A DNA stretch of 64,000 nt from the NCBI GenBank assembly GCA_964518165.1, contig CAZFFN010000041.1:1791-65790 (forward strand). The letters are read 5' to 3'. Of this stretch, positions 52,178 to 62,302 are shown piece by piece. Within the stretch, counting starts at the first letter, position 1. Every line of letters begins with the position of its first letter. Source of the stretch: an uncultured Thermoplasmatales archaeon (lineage in GTDB: Archaea > Thermoplasmatota > E2 > DHVEG-1). Both the position numbers and the translations under genes were made by a program. The notes below the pieces were generated by a model. That model was not told where the DNA came from, ran no database searches, and worked only from the letters and a program-made list of their open reading frames with translations.

Positions 52178-53337
52178 TATATCATCATTTTATTTTTCAT
52201 ATTTAAAGCGATTTTTTTTAGAATTTTTGTAAAATATTCGCATTGTTCAATTGTATTAAAATATGATAAACTAATCCTTAGGCAACCCTTTTGTCCATCG
52301 ATTTTTTTATGTACAAGTGGTGCACAGTGAAGACCCGTTCTTGTCATAATACTATACTCGTTCATCAGAATAAAACCCAAATCATCATTACCAAGGCCTT
52401 CGATATTTAAGGAAATTACTGGAAGATCAGGATTTTTATTATATATTTTGATATTTTCAAAATTTGAGAGTTGATTTACAATATATTCAGTCATCACTTT
52501 TGTCTTTTCTTCAATTTTTTTAAGCCCTATCTTTTGAACAAAATCGATACCAGCATATAGCGATACAATTCCAGGGTAATTTAAGGTTCCAAATTCATAT
52601 TTTAAAGGCATTTCTTTTGGATGATAAGGATATTGAGATATAATACCTGTTCCACCTTGTTTATATGATTTTACTTTAGTTGGATCTTTAATGTAAAAAC
52701 CACCTATTCCTTGAAATCCAAACATAGATTTATGACCCGTAAAAACCAATGCATCAACTTTTATTTTTGTTAAATCTATTGGTATATGACCTGCAGTTTG
52801 AGCAATATCAACAATAAAAAATATATTTTTTTCATTAAGATAGTTACCTATTTCTTTTATATTTTGAACAGTTCCTATCACATTACTCCCATGATTTAAA
52901 ACAACTAATTCTGTATTATGTCTAATATTTTCTTCTATAGATTCCAACGCAATGTATCCTTTTTTATTAAAAGGAATAATTGTAAGATCAATCTTTTTTT
53001 CTTTATTAAGTGTATTTAAGGGTCTTAATACTGAGTTATGTTCAAGTTCTGTAGTAATAACATGAATTTTTTCATCAAAATTTTTTACATATCCATGTAT
53101 TAACAGGTTTAAGGAATCTGTTGCATTTGATGTGAACTGAAAATGTTTATAATTATCTCCATTAAAAAACTCGTTTAATTTTTTTCTAGTAATAATTGGA
53201 TAATCAATTATTTTTTTTGATGTAGCTCGGCCATGTTCATGATATGGTAATTTAAGTGAGTCAGCAACATAGTCAATAACTTCTTTAGGTTTTGGCCATG
53301 TAGTTGCAGCATTATTGAAATAAATAATTTCATCCAT
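52177..53337 (-). CDS. Class V aminotransferase / cysteine-desulfurase-like PLP enzyme
   Basis: 386 aa. FTGHKSMFGFQGIGGFYIK (PLP-lysine context) and DIAQTAGHIPID motifs. Confidence 0.7.
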   Translation of the reverse strand: MDEIIYFNNAATTWPKPKEVIDYVADSLKLPYHEHGRATSKKIIDYPIITRKKLNEFFNGDNYKHFQFTSNATDSLNLLIHGYVKNFDEKIHVITTELEHNSVLRPLNTLNKEKKIDLTIIPFNKKGYIALESIEENIRHNTELVVLNHGSNVIGTVQNIKEIGNYLNEKNIFFIVDIAQTAGHIPIDLTKIKVDALVFTGHKSMFGFQGIGGFYIKDPTKVKSYKQGGTGIISQYPYHPKEMPLKYEFGTLNYPGIVSLYAGIDFVQKIGLKKIEEKTKVMTEYIVNQLSNFENIKIYNKNPDLPVISLNIEGLGNDDLGFILMNEYSIMTRTGLHCAPLVHKKIDGQKGCLRISLSYFNTIEQCEYFTKILKKIALNMKNKMMI

Positions 53338-53433
53338 ATTTTCTGCGACCTATTATTTTATCATTCACTTCACTCAAAGAGTTTGTTTTTATTTTAAAAT
53401 AAAAAAAAGAAGAGTTGAGTTGAGTTGAGAATT

Positions 53434-54036
53434 CTATTGTTTTTTAGTTACCACAAACTCAGCGAATTCATCTCCACATTCTATACCCTTGGTCTGTTTA
53501 CATACAAAATTATCAAAACCATCTGGGTATTCTCCACCATATGCTAGATCCATAAATGCGGCTGAAACCCCTGCGATCATATAGGTAGATAGTTTTGGCG
53601 ATTTACCATATTTTACAACATCTGATTCATAGTAATCATATGCTCTTACTACCATTTTTTCACCAGGTACAAGTTCTACTACTTCAGATTTTGCCCAACC
53701 CCAAGCAGTAAATACCGCATATGCGCCGTGTAGTATATCTTCTGGTTTGTCTTTTATCATAGGTCCTACTACTGAGTTAAACTCATCAGATGTAATTATT
53801 CCATATCCTGTGTGATAACCGCATTCTCTTGCTGCGTTATATAGCAGAAATTCTGCTTGTTCTCTTAGTTCCGGTTTTACTTTTGTTGAAATCCTTTCAT
53901 TAAACTGGTTCCAAAAATCTGTTGGAAGTTGGTTTACAAGTACATTATAACCATCTATAAGCCCTTCTTCATTTCCAGTTACTTCTAGCTTGGAAAGCTC
54001 ATTAATTACTTTTTCTCGATCAATATTTCCATGCAT
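53434..54036 (-). CDS. Hypothetical protein with a V4R-like cysteine-containing C-terminal domain
   Basis: C-terminal ...YGGEYPDGFDNFVCKQTKGIECGDEFAEFVV resembles V4R (4-vinyl-reductase-type) small-molecule-binding domains. Confidence 0.35.
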   Translation of the reverse strand: MHGNIDREKVINELSKLEVTGNEEGLIDGYNVLVNQLPTDFWNQFNERISTKVKPELREQAEFLLYNAARECGYHTGYGIITSDEFNSVVGPMIKDKPEDILHGAYAVFTAWGWAKSEVVELVPGEKMVVRAYDYYESDVVKYGKSPKLSTYMIAGVSAAFMDLAYGGEYPDGFDNFVCKQTKGIECGDEFAEFVVTKKQ

Positions 54037-54049
54037 TTTTAATCCTCCT

Positions 54050-54601
54050 TTATTTCAACCAAATTCTCATTTCCCCATAATCAGCACCACTTACTATTGA
54101 TTTCGTTTCCTCTGATTCATAGCTTCTCGGTGGTTTATTGTTAAATAATGCTACACATGCTTGTACAAATCCTCTACCTATATAATTTACAGATTTGTTT
54201 CTCTTTGACCATTTTTTTATCCAGCCTTCATCTATATGTGAGTGAGTCTGTTTTACAGTTGCAGAGAATTCTCCAACATGACCAAAATTTATTTTTCCCA
54301 ATCCGGCTATTGAAAAATATTCTTCAGCAACAGAAATTTTTTCATCTAAAGAGTTTATGTTATTTTCTTTATAGTAATTTTCTAGAACCTTATATATAAC
54401 ATCTTCCATGGTTGTGATTAATACATCAGTTCCATTTAAAAAATCAGCATCCTCGGCCATTTGTGTTGTTAGTGTCATATAGTGGTGGCAGTGTAAAACA
54501 GATTGAAAACCCATATTTGTATGTCTGCATCTTTCTTTATCAAATTTATGATTTGTTTTTACTTCTTCTTTTTTTTCAAATTTTTGTTCCAATTCAGGCA
54601 T
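54050..54601 (-). CDS. Hypothetical His/Cys-containing protein
   Basis: Internal ATG at 54601 lies 9 nt after GGAGG and is preferred over the track start (54637). CRHTNMGFQSVLHCHHY motif. Confidence 0.35.
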   Translation of the reverse strand: MPELEQKFEKKEEVKTNHKFDKERCRHTNMGFQSVLHCHHYMTLTTQMAEDADFLNGTDVLITTMEDVIYKVLENYYKENNINSLDEKISVAEEYFSIAGLGKINFGHVGEFSATVKQTHSHIDEGWIKKWSKRNKSVNYIGRGFVQACVALFNNKPPRSYESEETKSIVSGADYGEMRIWLK

Positions 54602-54620
54602 TTTTTTCACCTCCAAAAAA

Positions 54621-54797
54621 TTAGCCCCATAATTCATCTATTGCATCTTGCAATTTTTTAATATTATCTGGCGTGTCTGCTGCCGTTTTTGCAGTTGCTT
54701 CACTAATTTGTGATTTCATAGCTAGTCTAGCTTTTGCTAGATCTCCGCCTCCTTTTTCAGCGGCTTTTTCAAATAGTTGCAATAATTTTTCTCCCAT
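54621..54797 (-). CDS. Small (58 aa) alanine/lysine-rich protein
   Basis: Read by hand: MGEKLLQLFEKAAEKGGGDLAKARLAMKSQISEATAKTAADTPDNIKKLQDAIDELWG. GGAG lies about 10 nt upstream. Ends 20 nt before the next gene. Confidence 0.35.
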   Translation of the reverse strand: MGEKLLQLFEKAAEKGGGDLAKARLAMKSQISEATAKTAADTPDNIKKLQDAIDELWG

Positions 54798-54943
54798 ATT
54801 TTCAATTCTCCATTGCTTTATGACATATATTTGGGATAAATTGCCTAAAAAGCAATTTTTTCAAATTAGTTTATTTTTGAGTAAACTACATCCCATTATT
54901 CTAAAAGTGAATATTTTGTCTAATATTAAATCATATTTTAATA

Positions 54944-54986
54944 ACGTTTTAAACACGTTATAAAAACGTTATAAAAATCTTTATTT
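54944..54986. promoter_or_regulatory. Tandem acgttataaaa repeats in the intergenic region upstream of the 54797 and 54601 minus-strand operon
   Basis: aaacacgttataaaaacgttataaaaatc. Shares the CGTTATAA core with 51755-51800. Confidence 0.3.
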
Positions 54987-55006
54987 TTATTAGAAAAAAG
55001 ATAGCT

Positions 55007-56842
55007 TTATGCAATTAGTCTTCTATTTAGTAGATTTTTCCCTTTATTTGATATATATACAGTTTTTAATTTACCATTTCTCTTTGTATATATCAAACCC
55101 TTACTTTCAAGTGTTTTAAGTCGTTTTGATGCAGTCAAGTAAACTATTTTGAATTTCTTAGTAATTTTTTTCAAAGAAACTAATGAGTTATTTTTGTTTT
55201 CTTTATCAATATATTTTAACATATCATATAAATCATCATTTAATTTTATTTCATTAATATTTTGACTTGGTATTGCATGCATCTCATTTTCGATTACTGC
55301 CATTTGTTTTTTGTCAAATAGATATGGATCAACATGGATAAGTAATATTGAATGTGAATTTGAGATGATTTCATTAATATTAAAAAGTAAATCTACAAAT
55401 TTTTTATAAGAAAATTTCATTATTAAATAGTGAAGTCCATCCATTGCTATTATTGATTCTTCGTTATTACAGAACTTCTCAATTTTTTTTTCAATTTCAA
55501 AAATATCTTCTATATTTTTTGAGTCATCAATATTTTTTTTCCTTAATGTATTGACTTCAATATTTCTATTCTTCTTTATTTTACTTAAGTTTTTATTGGA
55601 TCTTGTAATATACAATGCTTTTCTTTTTGATTTAGAAATATCATTAAATAAATCAACAAAGGAGTTTATATCTCTATCTTGAAAAAAATAACTATAACCA
55701 CTTATTATCTTTCCGTGATTCTCTTTGTTGTGTGTAATGTCTTCCCCAACAAGTAAAGAACCTGAATATTTTCCTTCTTCATCAGTCACAGACATAAAAG
55801 ACATACTAAGTATTTTTTTTGTTCCGTCTATTGTATTTAAAATTAATTCTTCGTTAACTTTACGTCCGGAACTTTTAACTTTTTCCATATTTTCAATTAT
55901 TTTTTCAGGATCATTAAAAATCTCAATTTTTTCAATTTTATTTCCTAATACTGATCTTTTTTTGTAACCTGTTAGATATTCAGCTGTTTTGTTCCATATT
56001 GATAGTTTATTGTTTTTATCAAAAGATATAACTATTTCAGCGGTACTATTTATTATATCCTGAAGATGGTTTTTTGTCTGTAAAAGTTTATTTTCTGCTT
56101 TTTTTCTATCACTTATATCAATAAAAGAAGCAAGTATACATATTGGTTCATTTTTTTTGTTTTTAACTATATTTGCAGATATTTCCACTTCGAAAAATTT
56201 TCCATTCTTTTTTTCTGCAGTTAATTCTCCATGCCAGTATCCGTTTTTGAATAATTCATCCATAATTTCTACGGTTTTTCCTTTGTTCCTCCAAAATTTA
56301 ACTATCGGACTATTTATTACTTCATCCTTTGCTTTATATTTCCACATTTTAAGAAAAGACATGTTAGCATAATTAATATTTCCATCCAAATCTGATAATA
56401 AGATCCCATTGATTGATGATTCTATAGCTTCATTTCTAATTATTCTCTCTCGTTCCATTTCATGTTTATAGAATGCCATTTCAATGTTACTATGTAATTC
56501 TCTTTCTTCAAAAGGTTTTAAAATGTATCCTGCAGGTTCAGTAATTTTTGCACGTTTTAGTGTTTCTTTATCAGCATAAGCTGTAAGATAAATTATTGGA
56601 AGGTCAAATTCTTTATTAATCATTTCAGCTGTTTTTATTCCATCTTTTCCACCGTTTAGTTTGATATCTAAAATGACTAAATCTGGAACGATTTCTTTTG
56701 TTTTTTGTATTGCTTCACCATGATTTGAAGCGATTTCTGGACAACTGTAACCAAGATCAGTCAGAGTTGTTTGGATATCTTTAGCAACAAGTATTTCATC
56801 TTCAACAACTAAAATTTTTTTGTTTTTCATCTTTAAAATCAC
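55007..56842 (-). CDS. Hybrid response regulator: REC, two PAS, an uncharacterised middle domain (DUF835-like?) and a C-terminal HTH
   Basis: REC (ILVVEDE...LDIKLNGG..., KPF), PAS units, and a C-terminal winged-HTH-like segment (TASKRLKTLESKGLIYTKRNGKLKTVYIS). Confidence 0.7.
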   Translation of the reverse strand: MILKMKNKKILVVEDEILVAKDIQTTLTDLGYSCPEIASNHGEAIQKTKEIVPDLVILDIKLNGGKDGIKTAEMINKEFDLPIIYLTAYADKETLKRAKITEPAGYILKPFEERELHSNIEMAFYKHEMERERIIRNEAIESSINGILLSDLDGNINYANMSFLKMWKYKAKDEVINSPIVKFWRNKGKTVEIMDELFKNGYWHGELTAEKKNGKFFEVEISANIVKNKKNEPICILASFIDISDRKKAENKLLQTKNHLQDIINSTAEIVISFDKNNKLSIWNKTAEYLTGYKKRSVLGNKIEKIEIFNDPEKIIENMEKVKSSGRKVNEELILNTIDGTKKILSMSFMSVTDEEGKYSGSLLVGEDITHNKENHGKIISGYSYFFQDRDINSFVDLFNDISKSKRKALYITRSNKNLSKIKKNRNIEVNTLRKKNIDDSKNIEDIFEIEKKIEKFCNNEESIIAMDGLHYLIMKFSYKKFVDLLFNINEIISNSHSILLIHVDPYLFDKKQMAVIENEMHAIPSQNINEIKLNDDLYDMLKYIDKENKNNSLVSLKKITKKFKIVYLTASKRLKTLESKGLIYTKRNGKLKTVYISNKGKNLLNRRLIA

Positions 56843-56844
56843 AT

Positions 56845-59058
56845 CTATTTTTTTCTCTTTAAATTTACTGTAACTTTTGTACCGTTTTTAGACTCAATTT
56901 TTATTGATCCTCCTGATTGTTTAACTAATGTTTTTATTATGTCAAAACCTAATGTGTCACTTTTTTTAATATCAAAATCCTCAGGCAAGCCTACTCCATT
57001 ATCATATACTATCAATCTATGATTTTTTCTATCAATTTTTCTGCATTTTATATTTATATTTCCTTTTTTAGTTTTAGCAAATGCGTATTTTAAAGCATTT
57101 GAAACTAGTTCATTTAGTATCAAACCACATGCATTTAAATCATCAATAGATAAATAAAATTGATCAGTATCTACATTTGTTTTTATTCTTTTTTTGTCAA
57201 TATTGTATGTACTAATTAGATGATCTACAAGAAAACTAGCATATTCCTGAAGATTAACACTTGTAACATCCTTTGAACGGTATAATTTTTCATGAATAAG
57301 AGATATTGTTTTAATTCTATTTTGTGATTCTTTGAAGATCTCTTTTATATCTTTATTTTTTATTCTTCTTGATTGTAATCTTATCATACTTATTATCAGT
57401 TGTAGATTATTTTTAACTCTATGATGTATCTCCCTAACAAGTGTTTTTTCAACTTCATAAGATTTTTTAAGTTTATTTTCTAGTTTTTTAATATTGGTGA
57501 TATCCTCGACCATACCAATAATTAGGTAAGGTTTATTTTCATGGTCTCTTACTGCGCTAACTGCCAGACTACCCCATACAACACTTCCTTTTTTATGGAT
57601 ATATCTTTTCTCTATCTGATAAGATTTTATTTCTCCATCTCCAAGTTTTTTAAATAGATGCCAATCTTTTTCTGCATCTTCAGGATGAGTGAATTCTTTA
57701 AAAGTCATATTTTTAAGTTCTTCTCGACTGTAACCAACCATTTTTGAAAGTGATTTATTATTTTCGATATGAAATCCATTAATATTTAAAATTGCCATCC
57801 CAAATGGAACATTTTCAAAAACACCTCTAAATTTTTTTTCACTTTCTTTTAAATCTTTTTCTGTTTTTTTTCTTTGGGTTATATCTCTTGATACAGCTAG
57901 TAATTTTTCTACATTTCCATCAATTCCAAAAATTGGAGAAACAAGTACTCCCCACCATCTGGGTCTACCCTTCATTGTTGGGCAAAAACCTTCAAAATAT
58001 CCAGCATCTCCCTTAAGGGCTCTTCGAAGTGCAGTTTTTGCATTTTGCTTATCTTGCCCTTTCCAAAAATTTATCCAGGATGTATTCAAAAAATTCCCAA
58101 CGTTCTCAATTTCAAGTAGATTCCGCCCGCCCTGGTTCATATATATTAAATTTCCATTTTTATCTAATAATTTCACACAATCTTTGCTACTTTCAACCAT
58201 TGTCCTGTTAAATTCTTCACTTTCAGCCAATTCCTCAGTTCTTTTTTTAACACATTTTTCCAATTCTTGCTCAAAATTCTTACGAATCGATATATCCTCT
58301 GCTACTTTCAAATAATTGATTATTTTTCCTTTGTTATCAAATATTGGTGTTATTGATGCTGCTTCCCAGTATAATTCTTCATTTTTTTTCTTGTTATAAA
58401 AATCCCCTTTCCATTCTTTTCCAGATGTAATGGCATCCCATAATTCTTTATATTCTTTGTCAGATTTTTCACCAGATTTTAGAATCCTTGGGTTTTTACC
58501 CGCTGTTTCTTCTCGTGAATAACCAGTTATTTCAGAAAATTTAGGATTTGTATAAACAATATCTCCCTCTAAATCTGTTATAACTATTATTGATGGACTC
58601 TGCTCCACAGCTGTAGAAAGTTGACTGAGTTTTCTCTGACGAACTTTTAATCTTTTTTCGATAATTTTTACATAGGATATATCCCTACCTTCCGCAATTA
58701 AATAATCGACATTACCTTGCATATCATATTTTGGTTTAAGAGAAAAATCAATGTTATATGGTTTTTTTTCTTTTGAAAAATGAACAGTTTCAAATCTTAT
58801 GCATTTTCCTCCTGATGCTTTTTTAATTGATTCTTTAAGTTTTTTCTGTAATTTTTTTGAATGAGTCCACCAAGGAGTCTGCCAAAAAGGTTTGCCAATT
58901 ATAGATGAAGTTTTTTTACCAATAAAATTGAGAGCAGAATTATTTATGTACAAAACATTTCCACTTTTATCTATTATCCCCATAAATTCAATAGTATGAT
59001 CAAATAATTCTTTCCAATTTATGTCAATTTTTTTATTCAAATAACCATTACTCCCCAA
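56845..59058 (-). CDS. Multi-PAS sensor histidine kinase (HisKA_2/HWE-type H-box plus HATPase)
   Basis: About five PAS/PAC units, H-box REIHHRVKNNLQLIISMIRLQ and an ATPase domain (LNELVSNALKYAF...DNGVGLP...GFDI). Separated by 2 nt from the regulator gene. Confidence 0.8.
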   Translation of the reverse strand: MGSNGYLNKKIDINWKELFDHTIEFMGIIDKSGNVLYINNSALNFIGKKTSSIIGKPFWQTPWWTHSKKLQKKLKESIKKASGGKCIRFETVHFSKEKKPYNIDFSLKPKYDMQGNVDYLIAEGRDISYVKIIEKRLKVRQRKLSQLSTAVEQSPSIIVITDLEGDIVYTNPKFSEITGYSREETAGKNPRILKSGEKSDKEYKELWDAITSGKEWKGDFYNKKKNEELYWEAASITPIFDNKGKIINYLKVAEDISIRKNFEQELEKCVKKRTEELAESEEFNRTMVESSKDCVKLLDKNGNLIYMNQGGRNLLEIENVGNFLNTSWINFWKGQDKQNAKTALRRALKGDAGYFEGFCPTMKGRPRWWGVLVSPIFGIDGNVEKLLAVSRDITQRKKTEKDLKESEKKFRGVFENVPFGMAILNINGFHIENNKSLSKMVGYSREELKNMTFKEFTHPEDAEKDWHLFKKLGDGEIKSYQIEKRYIHKKGSVVWGSLAVSAVRDHENKPYLIIGMVEDITNIKKLENKLKKSYEVEKTLVREIHHRVKNNLQLIISMIRLQSRRIKNKDIKEIFKESQNRIKTISLIHEKLYRSKDVTSVNLQEYASFLVDHLISTYNIDKKRIKTNVDTDQFYLSIDDLNACGLILNELVSNALKYAFAKTKKGNINIKCRKIDRKNHRLIVYDNGVGLPEDFDIKKSDTLGFDIIKTLVKQSGGSIKIESKNGTKVTVNLKRKK

Positions 59059-59148
59059 TCAAAGGTTTAGTATTTTAAATGCAATTATGTTATATAAACT
59101 TGTTAATAATTATAATAAGAAATTTTTTGAAATGAATGAAAAAATTCA

Positions 59149-60192
59149 TTATTTTTTGGAAAGTACAGATCTATCCTTATTTTTTTCCTGAATTACCCAT
59201 AAACCAATTGGCCTTACTTCTGAAGGAGATTTCATCTTTGATTTTGTCCATGATGTTAATTCTTCTTTGGAAAAATCCTTACAACAATTTTCACAAGCAA
59301 AAAAATTACCACCGATTGTTAGACCGGATAGATTATTTTCAAATTCAATTGTTTCTTTACATAAATCACATGTCCCTCTTTGTAATTGTGGAAGATTCCA
59401 AGGGGACATCTCTTCAGATAAGCTGCTCTTCTCTTTAAATGTTAAATGATCCGGTGTCATTCTTGAAACTTTATTTATTTTTTCGATAGACTCTTTTAAA
59501 AAAGAATTTTCTGAGGTTTGTCTATTAATTTTTTGTGCGTCTTTATTTAAATTATATTCATCTGAGATATTACTATTTGATACATTATCTTTTTTTTCAA
59601 AAATTTGTTCAGATGTAGAATCATTTTTCATAACACTTTTTGTATTATTTTCTTCATGAAAGTTATTGATTTTAACATCGTTTTCTACATTTGAAATTGG
59701 TTCAGATGCTGTTGGTTTTATAACATTAAAACTTTGTTTAGGTAAAAAAGTATCAACCGCAGGATTTATTTTCTCAAAATTTAATGAGCTATTGCTAATT
59801 GCTTGATCTATTAATCCTAAATCAGATTCTTGTAATTCATTTACAATTTTTGTTGAAGAAATATTATCATTAGTTTCTTGATCTTTAATCGTATTTACCG
59901 CTTCTATTGTTTCAAAAATTTTTTCGCTGCTAGTCTTTTCAATATTTAATTTATGGTTAGTTTCTACTTTATTAAAATCATTTTCATCAATTGCAAAAAA
60001 TTCACCATTTTGAAAAATCTTATTTTCTCTTGCAAGCCATCCAATCGCTGCATAAAAATCTCTAAGAGAAATATTAGTTTCTTTAATTACTTCTTTTTTT
60101 GTAAGAGCACCATTTGATTTCAAAGTTCTCCATATTTTTCCAGCGTTTTGACCAAATTGATCTATTATATTTACCATTTTAAATCCCCCCAC
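59149..60192 (-). CDS. Winged-helix (DUF2582-like) DNA-binding protein with a C-terminal Cys-rich zinc-finger-like domain
   Basis: N-terminal GKIWRTLKSNGALTKKEV...YAAIGWLARENKI. C-terminal CDLCKETIEF...FFACENCCKDF. Confidence 0.4.
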   Translation of the reverse strand: MGGFKMVNIIDQFGQNAGKIWRTLKSNGALTKKEVIKETNISLRDFYAAIGWLARENKIFQNGEFFAIDENDFNKVETNHKLNIEKTSSEKIFETIEAVNTIKDQETNDNISSTKIVNELQESDLGLIDQAISNSSLNFEKINPAVDTFLPKQSFNVIKPTASEPISNVENDVKINNFHEENNTKSVMKNDSTSEQIFEKKDNVSNSNISDEYNLNKDAQKINRQTSENSFLKESIEKINKVSRMTPDHLTFKEKSSLSEEMSPWNLPQLQRGTCDLCKETIEFENNLSGLTIGGNFFACENCCKDFSKEELTSWTKSKMKSPSEVRPIGLWVIQEKNKDRSVLSKK

Positions 60193-60273
60193 GCTCTAAT
60201 ACTTATTTGTAATAATGCTTTTTAGTTATAAATAGTTTTATAATTGATTTATCAAAGTAGCTAAAAAATTTTT

Positions 60274-60837
60274 CTATAAAATTCCTTTATAGCCTTCATA
60301 AAGTGGACAGCCTACACATCGATTTTTCTTAAATAGTTCACAATCTGGACATTCCGTATTAAAATCACATTTCATATTTTCTTTTTCTTTATTATTATAA
60401 AATTTCAATGGTTGATGCATAAATGGTGAATTTGTAATTGGTATAACTGTATATTTTGTTATATCTGTAAAGTTAAAAGAAAAACATTGTTCTATCATTG
60501 ACTCCATTGTATCGGTGTCCTCGGCAACTGCAAGCATTATAAAATTATATTGGCCATATGTATCAAAATAATTAATTATTTTTGGACAATTCTCAATATG
60601 GTTTATCACTTTACTCTTCATTCTTGCTTCCAAGCAAATCATAAAAAGCTTTAAACCAATTTTTTCTAAATCTAAGTTGCAATTCACCTTAAGATAATCT
60701 CTTTTAAGTCTTTTAAGCCTTGATCTCACTGCTGTATGTGATAAGCCTAATTTTTTTCCCATCTTTGTTATTCCCTGTTCCCAGTCGTCATTTATCATGC
60801 GGATTATTTTTTTATCTATTTCGTCGATTTTTTTCAT
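60274..60837 (-). CDS. Lrp/AsnC-family transcriptional regulator with a C-terminal cysteine cluster
   Basis: HTH (DKKIIRMINDDWEQGITKMGKKLGLSHTAVRSRLKRL) plus a RAM-like domain, followed by CDFNTECPDCELFKKNRCVGCP. Confidence 0.7.
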   Translation of the reverse strand: MKKIDEIDKKIIRMINDDWEQGITKMGKKLGLSHTAVRSRLKRLKRDYLKVNCNLDLEKIGLKLFMICLEARMKSKVINHIENCPKIINYFDTYGQYNFIMLAVAEDTDTMESMIEQCFSFNFTDITKYTVIPITNSPFMHQPLKFYNNKEKENMKCDFNTECPDCELFKKNRCVGCPLYEGYKGIL

Positions 60838-60925
60838 TCAAACTTTGAATGTAATTATTTTATTAATAATCTTTCCAAAAGACAATACAATATATTCAAT
60901 CTGAATACTTTAGGGTTTCATTAAT

Positions 60926-62266
60926 ATGCAAATTAAAAAATTTTTAATAATGTATTTTATTTATGTTTATTTAGTGGATGGAAATAAATTTTGTAATAAG
61001 GTTTTAGACGAAGCTATAAAAAGAGATATTGTTCCAAATATACCTAAACTAGAAAATACACCAATTCCAGCAATTCATAAAATCGAGTGGGATCTAACTT
61101 TCCATTGTAATGATTATTGCAATCACTGTGTAACTGATTCTGGCCCAAAATGTAAAGAATTTACAACTATTAATGATTCCTACAAAATAATTGAAAACAT
61201 TCAACGATATAATTTGTTGAGTAGAATCAAAGAGTTATATAATGGAAAAGCTGAGTTTGAATTTTCAAGTTCTTCTATTTTGGAAAAACTTGAAAAAATG
61301 AAAAAACCACCAACTCAATTGAATGATAAATTATCCAGGTCATATCTAGAATGTTTACATGGGACAAATTATCAAACTCTATTAAAAGTTAAGAATTCAG
61401 AAAAGAAATTAAATTTCGGTAGGCCGCACATACGTCTTTCTGGTGGAGAATTTTTCACATGGCCAAATAATGATATGAAAATTGAAAAAAGACTAAAAGC
61501 TCAAACTAAATTTTTAAAAAAAATTCGGGAAAAATTACCTGATTATGATATATGGATATTGACAAACGGAAGATTCGCCAGTTCAGAAAATTACTCAGAT
61601 GAAGTTATAAATTTTTGGAGTAAAAATTTAGAAATTGAAGATAAAAAGACAGGTAAAACAAGAATTTGTATATCAACTGATCCTTTTCATTCACCACCAA
61701 TAGATAGCACTATTAACGATATGTTAAAAAGAATTTGGAGATCATGTAAAAAATACAATTTTTCAGCCCCTTTTCTTTATGGCATACATGGAAAAGAAAT
61801 ATATTACGCTGGCCGTGCATTTGATAAATTTAATTTAGGGAGGTTAAACAAATTAAAAAATAAATCAAAAAGTGATTTTAATCCTCCAAAAAATTATAGG
61901 GTCACAACAAAAGATTTAATTGAATCAGATGGCTGTAATGAATTAAAAGGTTTTTTTGTAAAAATAAAAAATAATGCTTTTATTCCAGTAAATAACATTA
62001 ATATTAATCCCAGTGGACATCTAACTTTTTGTTGCGCACAAGTTGGAGATTATGGAGATTTTGTAAATCACCCTGAAAATACTTTAAAAAATATTATAAT
62101 AAACCCAATTAGTTTTATATTGCGTAGAAAGAAAACAGCTATTCCCTTTCTAAATCTTGCTTATAAAATGGATTCTGAGATAGAAATACCTAAAAATGTA
62201 GAAAACGCTGCAGTAGTTAGTTCAACATGCTATCAAATGTTAAGTGGAAAAAGAAAGAATTATTAA
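60926..62266 (+). CDS. Atypical radical-SAM protein (Cx3Cx2C with a large insertion before the GGE motif; Cys-containing C-terminal region)
   Basis: HCNDYCNHC (CxxxCxxC) followed by RLSGGEF about 110 aa later. C-terminal ...GHLTFCCAQVGDYGD... Divergently transcribed from the Lrp gene (88-nt spacer). Confidence 0.5.
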   Translation: MQIKKFLIMYFIYVYLVDGNKFCNKVLDEAIKRDIVPNIPKLENTPIPAIHKIEWDLTFHCNDYCNHCVTDSGPKCKEFTTINDSYKIIENIQRYNLLSRIKELYNGKAEFEFSSSSILEKLEKMKKPPTQLNDKLSRSYLECLHGTNYQTLLKVKNSEKKLNFGRPHIRLSGGEFFTWPNNDMKIEKRLKAQTKFLKKIREKLPDYDIWILTNGRFASSENYSDEVINFWSKNLEIEDKKTGKTRICISTDPFHSPPIDSTINDMLKRIWRSCKKYNFSAPFLYGIHGKEIYYAGRAFDKFNLGRLNKLKNKSKSDFNPPKNYRVTTKDLIESDGCNELKGFFVKIKNNAFIPVNNININPSGHLTFCCAQVGDYGDFVNHPENTLKNIIINPISFILRRKKTAIPFLNLAYKMDSEIEIPKNVENAAVVSSTCYQMLSGKRKNY

Positions 62267-62302
62267 ATAAAAAGTTATATCAGAATTAAGGATGGTGATG
62301 CA

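Noticed and set aside
59136-59438. 100-aa plus-strand ORF, and 59267..59449
   Set aside because: Overlaps the 3' end of the minus-strand wHTH gene. No RBS and low-complexity translation.
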